A DNA stretch of 64,000 nt from a bacterium. GTDB lineage: Bacteria > UBA8248. The position numbers and the translations under genes are program-made. The notes beneath the pieces are model-generated. The model saw only the letters and a program-made list of their open reading frames with translations, was not told where the DNA came from and searched no databases. Location of the stretch: contig OZ242260.1 in the NCBI GenBank assembly GCA_965207065.1, positions 1,152,001 through 1,216,000 on the forward strand, in the 5' to 3' direction. Of the stretch, positions 39,698-47,371 are shown one piece after another; the stretch's first letter is position 1, and each line of letters starts with the position of its first letter.

Positions 39698-40309
39698 CGC
39701 GCGCCTCCTTGCTTTGGGTGGTCGGGAAGGCGGAGAACGTCCTCTCCCGGACGCCCTTCCGCCGCCCCCTCCCGGCCAGGCTCTGCCTCTCGCCGGCGCG
39801 AGGCCGGGAGTAGGTGCGCGATGAGCGCCCGCCCGCGCCCGACTGCCTTCGGGGCCAGGTGAGGCGCGATGCGAAAAAAAAATCGCATCCCGGCGCAACC
39901 GTTCTTATGCGAGGGCGCGAACTCGCAGGCGCGGCGCGTGTTCTCGTCAATGGAGGCGCGCACCAGATCAGCCGCCGCCCGTATGCCGGACATATATGCC
40001 TCCACCTGCGGCGCCATAACGCTCCGGGAAAACGCCGTTTCGCGGCCCGCCACATTTCGTGGTTGAATTCCGTTGTTTGTTTAATATAATATATATAGGT
40101 AATATATTGCGTATATTTGGCTTTATATACCCTCATATATCGTACTCGAAGTCATGGAAAGCGGAACGTGGAATTGAAACCGAACCTGGAAACCCATGAT
40201 TCCGGCGCCCTGCTCGTCCGGGGAAGCCGTACCGGGAGCGTCGCCGCCAAAGACGCGCGTCCCTTCGCCGCTTTGGCGGGCCGCCCGCGTCCTGCTAGAC
40301 TGAGGCTTC

Positions 40310-40413
40310 ACCCACAGACCCACAGACCCACAGACCCACAGACCCACAGACCCACAGACCCACAGACCCACAGACCCACAGACCCACAGACCCACAGACC
40401 CACAGACCCACAG
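40310..40413 (+). repeat. Perfect 8-bp tandem repeat (ACCCACAG)13
   Basis: Read directly from the sequence. Confidence 0.95.
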
Positions 40414-40641
40414 GCGGAACCGGCTCTCTGAACCACGTTTAGACCCGCACAACCCCGCAAATAGACTCTCATATCCGCAGATAGATCCGAAAAAACCCGT
40501 AAATAGATCTAATAATCTGAATTTAGATCCCAAAAACCGCGCATCAGGCGCGCTTAAGGGCCGGTGTCCCGGTCCGTATCTCATCCGCAAGCCGGCGAAG
40601 TCCGCCGTGGAACTCGTGCAAGCGCAAGGGGGGAAGCGCAC

Positions 40642-42411
40642 ATGAAAAACAGAAGAAACAGGAACCATGCCTTTTTGTCTCCGCCGGGCGTCTTCGCGGC
40701 GGCATTTCTGGTCCTCGCCCTCGCGGTAGCGGCCCTGCCGGGGGTGGCCTCCGCGCTGACGGCGTCGTTCCACGGGGCGCCGGAGGCGCACAACGGCAAG
40801 AAGCTGTTCGTCTTCGAGATACGCTTCAGCGAGGATTTCGACGGCCTGCGGCTGGGGGCGCTCAAGCGGGCGCTCCAGGTGACGGGCGGGCGGTTGGTGG
40901 ACGTGAAGCGCACGGTGCGGGGGGAGAACGGCGGTGTGACGGTCAGGGTGCGGCCCTCCTCGTCCGGGGACCTGACGATCACGCTGGCCGACGGCATCGC
41001 CGGGGGCGGCTCGCTGACGGTTGCGGGGCCTGCCACGGCCTCCCTGCCGGATCCCCCCGCGCCGCCGGTTTCAGAGCCGGACCCGCAGCCGGTATCGGCG
41101 CCAACGCCGCTGACGGCATCGTTCCACGGGTTGCCGGAGAAGCACGACGGCAAGCTGCTGAGCTTCGAGATACGGTTCAGCGAGGATTTCGACGGCCTGA
41201 AGCTGGGGGCGCTCAAGCAGGCGCTCCAGGTGACGGGCGGCCGGGTGGTCGACGTGAAGCGCACGGTGCGGGGGGAGAACGGCAGCGTGACGGTGCGGGT
41301 GCGCCCGGCCTCGCTCGATCCCCTCGGGATAAGCCTGCCGGCGACGGCGGACTGCGCGGCGGCCGGCGCGATCTGCACGAAGGCGGGCGGGAAGCTCACC
41401 GGCTCCGCCAGTGCGAACATCATCTCGACGAACTGGGGGCAGGCGGCCTGGTGGGCGAGGGCCTTAGCCGAGCAACGGCGCGCGATCCGTGACGGCGACT
41501 TCGTGCCCCCTCCGGCGCCGGACCAGGCATCCACCCGATCGATTTCGACCACCCTACCACCAAGCTTGATAGGCCTTGTAGGATACACTTGGGGCAGCGT
41601 GGTCAACATGAACAGCTTCGGCGTCTGGGGAACCGACCAAATCGGTGACGACCCTGGCCAGACTCCCAACACGGCGCCGAATTTCCAGATTCGAGCGCTC
41701 GAGAAATACGGACACTCTCAGCTAACGACTACGTTACATCGGTTCGTCGATGGGATTTTTCCGTCCTACCATTTTTACGCCTATGCCTACCCTTCGGGGA
41801 CTGACACCAGCAAGACAAGAGTAATTCTGGACATTACCAAGCTGGGCGACGGCTCGCATAATTCCCAATCTGGTGCCAATTCCAGTGGAGGAAAAAGCGA
41901 CCTGCAGGCGTTTAAGGATGGCGGCGGCCTCTGGAAGGAGTTCTTCGAGGCCAACGCATACCTGCAGGAAAAGGGAACCCTGGCCCAGCCGACCGTGACG
42001 GCCACGTTCACGGGCAAGGTTATCGCAGTCAACTCCTGTGTGAGTTGCCTCCTGACGCGGGGAGACCTGATCGGCGGCGATGCGAGCGTGACCGCCACGC
42101 TAAGTGGGGGCGCGGTGACGGCGGCCGTGTCGCTCACCAATCTCAAATCCACCACGTGGATGGACGGGTCAACTACGGGGCAGACGGCGCCCACCCCCGC
42201 CACGTACCCGAGCCAGTCATGGACCAACTTGGGGGTCACGGGCGGCAGCTTCTCATTTGACACCTGGAACGGCACTTACCAGCGCAAGATCGAGGGCAGT
42301 TTCCGCAAGCAGGACAACGACAACGACAACACCACGGACATCGTGGACACGGTCGGCGCGGTGTTCGATATAAAGGGGGCATTCACGGGCGGGTTCGTCG
42401 CCACCAAGTAA
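40642..42411 (+). CDS. Secreted protein with two repeated beta-rich domains and C-terminal TbpB-like barrel (putative type XI secretion cargo)
   Basis: Signal peptide ending ASA; duplicated LTASFHG..FEIRFSEDFDG..VRP domain; C-terminus ATFTG..SVTATL..IEGSF..GAVF..FTGGFVATK; immediately upstream of Slam. Confidence 0.7.
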   Translation: MKNRRNRNHAFLSPPGVFAAAFLVLALAVAALPGVASALTASFHGAPEAHNGKKLFVFEIRFSEDFDGLRLGALKRALQVTGGRLVDVKRTVRGENGGVTVRVRPSSSGDLTITLADGIAGGGSLTVAGPATASLPDPPAPPVSEPDPQPVSAPTPLTASFHGLPEKHDGKLLSFEIRFSEDFDGLKLGALKQALQVTGGRVVDVKRTVRGENGSVTVRVRPASLDPLGISLPATADCAAAGAICTKAGGKLTGSASANIISTNWGQAAWWARALAEQRRAIRDGDFVPPPAPDQASTRSISTTLPPSLIGLVGYTWGSVVNMNSFGVWGTDQIGDDPGQTPNTAPNFQIRALEKYGHSQLTTTLHRFVDGIFPSYHFYAYAYPSGTDTSKTRVILDITKLGDGSHNSQSGANSSGGKSDLQAFKDGGGLWKEFFEANAYLQEKGTLAQPTVTATFTGKVIAVNSCVSCLLTRGDLIGGDASVTATLSGGAVTAAVSLTNLKSTTWMDGSTTGQTAPTPATYPSQSWTNLGVTGGSFSFDTWNGTYQRKIEGSFRKQDNDNDNTTDIVDTVGAVFDIKGAFTGGFVATK

Positions 42412-42492
42412 GGGAAGCGTTTCACTTGTCAAACCCGACCGGAGAGAGCGATTGCGCCGCCGGAACAGGCGAACGAAACCGCCCCGCCAATT

Positions 42493-42535
42493 GTAGGGAC
42501 AGGTCGCGACCTCGGACAGGCGCGGGGGCCTGTCC
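42493..42535. repeat. GTAG-type REP element (composite)
   Basis: GTAGGGACAGGTCGCGACCT..GGACAGG..CCTGTCC; related copies at 50110, 51038 and 55892. Confidence 0.8.
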
Positions 42536-42617
42536 GCTGCGGTGAACGATTCGATGATCGGAATACCCTCCTCCCTTGAGGGTTTTTCAACAACCCCCTC
42601 GGGGAGGGAGTGGTCTG

Positions 42618-44090
42618 ATGGCGCGTATGACGTCGGGAAACCCGTTCCGGTGCTCTGGTGACTTATTGAGCGCCCCCGCCCTGCCGCGCCGCCAGGCGTG
42701 GTCCGCCGCGTTCGCGGCGGCGCTCGCCGTCGCGCTGTTGTGCGCCGGGCCGGGGAGCGGCGCGCAGGCGGCGGAGTCTCCCCCGGAAAAATCCCCGAAA
42801 GAAACGCAAGCCTACCCCGCCGTCCAGGCGGCCCTGGCGCAGGCCGAGCGCCTGATAGCGGCGGGAGAGCCCGTCGCGGCCTTCGCGGTGCTCATGGGGG
42901 CCATGGAGGCGCTGCCCGAGGGCGCGGACGACGCGGACCTGCGCTTCGCGATCGCCCAGGCCCTGCTGACGGGCGGACGCCACGCCCAGGCCGAGCGGGT
43001 GCTGGCGCGGCTCGCCGAGGAGCGGCCGGACAACCTGCGGGTCCGGCTCGACCGCGCGCTGGCGCTGTTCGCGCTGAGGCGGGACGACGAGGCGGGGGCG
43101 CTGTTCCGCGAAGCGCGCCGCGCGCCGGAACTCCCCGACGACGCGCGGCGCAAGGTGGAAGTGTTCCTCTCCCGCATCCTCGCCCGCCAGCGCCTGCGGG
43201 TCGACCTCGACCTGGGACTCTGGCGCGACGGCAACGTGAACAACGCCCCCGAGGTCGATACGGTCCGGTTCCCCGCCTTCGGCAACCTGGAGTTCCGGCT
43301 GAACGAGCGGCCGGTCGCCGCCTGGGTGGCGCGCACGGGCGCGCGCGTGGGCTGGCGGGAGGCGCTGACGGCGGACGGGCGCGTGCAGTTCGAGGCGCGC
43401 GCGGCTGCGGCGCGCAACACGGCGGTCGGCGCGAGCGAGTACGACCGGACCTGGCTCAGCCTCTCGGCCGGGCCGCGGGTCGGCTACGCGGCGCCGCTCG
43501 GCGGCCGTCCCCGGCCCGGGCGGGTCGGCGCGGACGTCGGGGTGGAGCGGCGCATGCAGGGGGGAAGCGGCGAGTCGACGACCTGGTGGGGCGGCGTCCG
43601 GGTGGACCAGGTGCTGGACGCGGACTGGCGCGTGGGCGTCTCGCCCCGCCTCTGGGTCACGCGCTACGACGACCGGGCCGATGAGGCCGACCCCACGGGG
43701 TGGTCCCTGGAGCTCTCCGTCTCGCGCCGAATGGGACCCGGTTGGCTGACGGCGCGCGGGACGATCTCGCGCGCGAGCGCGGACCTGCGCAGCCAGAGCT
43801 GGCGGTCTCAGGGGCTGGGCCTCGAATACGCGGCGGATATCGGGGAGGACTGGAGCGGGTCGGTCCGTCTCGGGATGAGCGGCCTCCGGTTCGACGAGGA
43901 GGATGCGACGTTCCTCGTCCGGCGCGAGGACGAGACGCTGAGCGCCGGCCTGACGCTCTCCCACCGCAAGCTCTCCTGGGAGGGTTACCAGCCGGTGCTG
44001 ATGCTCGACTGGTCGCGGACCGATTCGACCATCCCGCTCAACGACCGGAAGCTGCTCCAGTTCCGGGTCGGGCTGCGCCGGCTGTTCTGA
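42618..44090 (+). CDS. Slam / DUF560-family outer-membrane translocon (TPR plus beta-barrel)
   Basis: Signal peptide; TPR helices (PDNLRVRLDRA); DGNVNNAP barrel start; alternating beta-strands; terminal RRLF. Confidence 0.8.
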   Translation: MARMTSGNPFRCSGDLLSAPALPRRQAWSAAFAAALAVALLCAGPGSGAQAAESPPEKSPKETQAYPAVQAALAQAERLIAAGEPVAAFAVLMGAMEALPEGADDADLRFAIAQALLTGGRHAQAERVLARLAEERPDNLRVRLDRALALFALRRDDEAGALFREARRAPELPDDARRKVEVFLSRILARQRLRVDLDLGLWRDGNVNNAPEVDTVRFPAFGNLEFRLNERPVAAWVARTGARVGWREALTADGRVQFEARAAAARNTAVGASEYDRTWLSLSAGPRVGYAAPLGGRPRPGRVGADVGVERRMQGGSGESTTWWGGVRVDQVLDADWRVGVSPRLWVTRYDDRADEADPTGWSLELSVSRRMGPGWLTARGTISRASADLRSQSWRSQGLGLEYAADIGEDWSGSVRLGMSGLRFDEEDATFLVRREDETLSAGLTLSHRKLSWEGYQPVLMLDWSRTDSTIPLNDRKLLQFRVGLRRLF

Positions 44091-44809
44091 TGGGCCTGAC
44101 CGCGTTCGGCGACGATACCGCCTTGCCCCTGGACGAGCGGATGCGCCGGAGCATCGCGCTCTGGCGCGAGCGCCGCGGGATGAGCGCGCGGCGCTTCGGG
44201 GTGGGCGCGCTGGGCATTCCCGGCTTCGTGGGCCTGCAGGCGCGGGGGCGGCCCCTGCGGGTCGACACGGCGGACCGGGTGCTCGCGTTCATGGAGTACC
44301 CGCCCCTGGGACCGCTCCTCCGGGCCGAGATCGAGGTGTTCATCGAAGTGAGCGGGACGAAGGTCACGATACTGGGCGAGGAGGCGGTGAGGAACCCCGC
44401 CTTCGTGGGGAACCTGCGCCGGGGCGTCTCGCCCTACCTTCGGACCTTCGACCGGGTGCGCGCCTGGATGGCGGCCAACGCGATGGAAGGGGAGATCCCC
44501 GCGGTTCGCGAGAGGCTCGCGGACCTCGACGACCCCTTCGACGGGACGTGGGACGCCGGGGGAGACCCACCCGCAGCCCTGGAAGAACCGCCCGCCGCGC
44601 GGGGTCTCGACACGCGGGAGGCGGCCGCCTGGCTGGGACTCTCGCCCAAGACGATCGCTCGCTACCGCCTGAGCGGCGAGGGGCCGGAGTTCCGCCGCGT
44701 CGGCGCCCGGGTGCGCTACCTGCTCGAAGACCTCGAAGCGTGGGCCTCGGAAAGGCGGTGGACTTCCATCTCCGTGGAGAGAGCCGCCAAGAGGAGGAAG
44801 GGGCGGTAG
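44090..44809 (+). CDS. Multi-HTH DNA-binding protein (two Cro-like domains plus excisionase-type HTH)
   Basis: GMSARRFGVGALG..TADRVLAFM; AVRNPAFVGNLRRG..TFDRVRAWM; LDTREAAAWLGLSPKTIARYR..GPEF..VRY; TGATG overlap with Slam. Confidence 0.7.
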   Translation: MGLTAFGDDTALPLDERMRRSIALWRERRGMSARRFGVGALGIPGFVGLQARGRPLRVDTADRVLAFMEYPPLGPLLRAEIEVFIEVSGTKVTILGEEAVRNPAFVGNLRRGVSPYLRTFDRVRAWMAANAMEGEIPAVRERLADLDDPFDGTWDAGGDPPAALEEPPAARGLDTREAAAWLGLSPKTIARYRLSGEGPEFRRVGARVRYLLEDLEAWASERRWTSISVERAAKRRKGR

Positions 44810-44820
44810 GGGGGTCGCTA

Positions 44821-44944
44821 CCGTATCGACCTCGGCGGCGTTGTTCACGTTGACGTCGCGCCGGAGTCCCAGGTCCAGATCGACCCGGAGGCGCTGCCGG
44901 GCGAGGATGCGGCCGAGGAAGCCCTCCACCTTGCGGCGCGCGTC
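44821..44944 (-). pseudogene. Inverted fragment of a second Slam paralog
   Basis: DARRKVEGFLGRILARQRLRVDLDLGLRRDVNVNNAAEVDT aligns with 43140-43263. Confidence 0.8.
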
Positions 44945-44994
44945 GGCGTGGAACTCCCTGGCCGCCGGGAAAGAGGCGTCCCCCGGCAGGAGAA

Positions 44995-45379
44995 TTACCC
45001 GCCCGGCTCCAGGTCGCCGCTCACCGCGGCGTCAATCACGTGGCGGAGCGTCCGGCACACGAAGTACTTGCCGCCGGCTCTGATCACACGCTCCCGGAAC
45101 CGCTGCTGACGCGTGGAAAGGTCGTTCTTCCCCGCCTTGAGGTCGATGGCGACATACTCCCCCCCGGCCCGGCAGAGGACGATGTCCGGCGCGCCGTACT
45201 GCCGCGTCACCGAAAGCGTGGACGTGTCCAGGACGACGATGCTGATCTTCTTCTCGAGCCGTTTCAAAACCATCATCGCCGCCGCCTGGAAGAAGGCTTC
45301 GTTCGTGTGTTTCGAATCCAGGGTCGGAATGATGCCGGACACCACCCGGCGGACCTTTTCATCCGGATACCGCTCCATC
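44995..45379 (-). CDS. VRR-NUC-like nuclease domain protein
   Basis: GAPDIVL..IDLKAGKNDLSTRQQRF..AGGKYFVCRT. Confidence 0.65.
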
Positions 45380-45790
45380 ACCCCTCTCTCGACGGAACGC
45401 CGCCGCCCGCCCGGTGAAGTCCGCACCCCGTGGAAGATTTTGACAGTGTGACGATACTACCAGCGATTGCGCCGGAGGGGGATAAAGATTCCGTAAAACT
45501 TCCCGGGGGCAGCGGAGCCGTGCCCGTCACGGCCCAGGTGAGTGATTAAGCGGTTGGTAACCGTTCCGGCAGGACGTGGGGTGGTAGGGCTGCACTCCGA
45601 TCAGGGGTATCCGACGACGCCGTTGGGCGTGAGCACGGCAGCGGTTGCCGTGCGAATCCACGAGGTTTAGTTGTGTTCGGTGTGGAAACGAACTAGGTCT
45701 CACATGGCAGGCTTGGTCCGACAGTTCGTTTCCCAAGTCTGACCCTTGGTACTATATTCCAATGGTCTGTCTTAAGCGGAGGGTCGTGAA

Positions 45791-46510
45791 CTGGATACGG
45801 AAGTCATCAATATTGTCCTCACCTTCCTCATTGTAGTCGGTGTCGGTGCGCAGGCGTGGTTCGTATATGTCCAAGCGCAGTCATTGAAGCGGGCCGAGAA
45901 GGTCGCGGAAGATGCCCGTGCGTCGGCCAGAGAGCAGGAAAAACTCGCTAGAGAGAGGGAGAAGCCCACACTGAGGTTCGATATTTTCTCTCACAACACT
46001 GGTACCTTAACGGCCGACGAGCCGCCCCGCCATATTCAGGGGCCGATAGATGTTGGTTTTACCGTAACCAATGTTGGGTACGTCGATGTCATGGTCACTA
46101 AGATTGTCCTGGACCGCGGAGTACCGAGCGACGGCATGGACGACGGAGACCCAACTGAGATTGTCCCAACTCCTGTGGCGGAGACATCTGGTAGTGACAA
46201 GAAACCCCTGACCACGATGAACCTGCCTCACCGACTGCGGCGGGGCGAGTCGTTCAAAGTCCTGTATCCAGACCGCACCTTGCGCGAATGGAATGAGCTA
46301 GGCAACCAAAAGATCCCGTCTCGTTTGCGTCCGTACTGCATGGATTCTTTAGGCAATAAGCTCTCAGGTGAGTATTGGGTGTCTTGGTCTACTTCGACTC
46401 CATCCACCACGATTCATTCGGAACCTGATTCGGGCCGCGTAAGCTTGGAAGAGTGGGTTCGTGAACACGGGGAAGAACGGCGTCCTCATTGGCGTATGGT
46501 GTACTGGTAG
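45791..46510 (+). CDS. Membrane-anchored hypothetical protein
   Basis: The ORF-track frame extends upstream to CTG 45791 after GGAGG, adding a hydrophobic helix (VINIVLTFLIVVGVGAQAWFVYV). Confidence 0.5.
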   Translation: MDTEVINIVLTFLIVVGVGAQAWFVYVQAQSLKRAEKVAEDARASAREQEKLAREREKPTLRFDIFSHNTGTLTADEPPRHIQGPIDVGFTVTNVGYVDVMVTKIVLDRGVPSDGMDDGDPTEIVPTPVAETSGSDKKPLTTMNLPHRLRRGESFKVLYPDRTLREWNELGNQKIPSRLRPYCMDSLGNKLSGEYWVSWSTSTPSTTIHSEPDSGRVSLEEWVREHGEERRPHWRMVYW

Positions 46511-47371
46511 CCGAAATTTCATGAGCGCGCCAAAAGGTAGTCGGTCTTGACCTTCTCCACGGCCTGACGGAACGCTTACAGCGGTTGCCCCGACACAAAC
46601 CCCAGGGGATGCGCCGGAATTGTAACGAACCCGCTTTCGGTTTGATTACGGATGGCGGAAGGCGAATTCCATTGGGAATAAATATTGCCTTTAATATCAA
46701 TAGGATAAATGGATTTTACCGTTGCTGGAAACGGCTTGAAAAATCTAATTTATCGAAAAACCTCGTGAATTTATCTTATTTTTCGGGAATTCCGAGGTTG
46801 GGGAGAACGAATTCGGGAGGCGCGATCGCCCCCCGGTGAGCCGAAGATTTTCCTGGACACCGCCAGCGCCGTATCGCACATTCCATTTTCTCCCCTCCTC
46901 CGGCCGATGGGAACGGCAGTCCCTCATTCATCAATCGGGAACGATTTCCCGCGCGGGATTCTCGCCCATCCCGACGCAAACCCGATACCGCAAATGCGGG
47001 AAAATGCGCGGCCCGTCCCTGCCGTGCAGGAAGGCCGGAGGATCCCGCCGGACATATTGCGTATATTATTATATACACATACTAAATCACCTGTTATTTA
47101 CTAATTATATATTAAAGTATATTGATTCCTTCGCGCCGCCTGTCGTAATCTAATCGTATATTCAATTTTGTTTGCGTCCATGTCACGCCCGATTTTGATC
47201 GGGAAACAAAACAAAGCATCTCGTCCACGCCTCGATGAGGCCGGGTGTCGGCGCGAGCGAACCTCCCCATCGCGCGCCCCCCCGGCGCAGACGGACCAAG
47301 ACACGAGGTCAATCCCGACCGAAGAGGGAGGGATTGCATGAGAGAAAAATCTACACACCGGAGGACCTGCG

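Noticed and set aside
40310-40413. CRISPR array or PTDPQTHR repeat protein
   Set aside because: Spacerless 8-bp microsatellite with no cas genes nearby; the overlapping repeat ORFs are by-products of the repeat
44821-44944. DGR template repeat for the Slam gene
   Set aside because: Differences are not adenine-specific, many are synonymous, and there is no reverse transcriptase in the window
44090-46510. Prophage
   Set aside because: Only HTH and VRR-NUC-like genes; no structural, terminase or integrase genes
46652-46665. tRNA 3' end or att site (reverse complement GCCTTCCGCCA)
   Set aside because: Only about 11 nt, no T-loop or cloverleaf, and the orientation does not fit an island lying to the left
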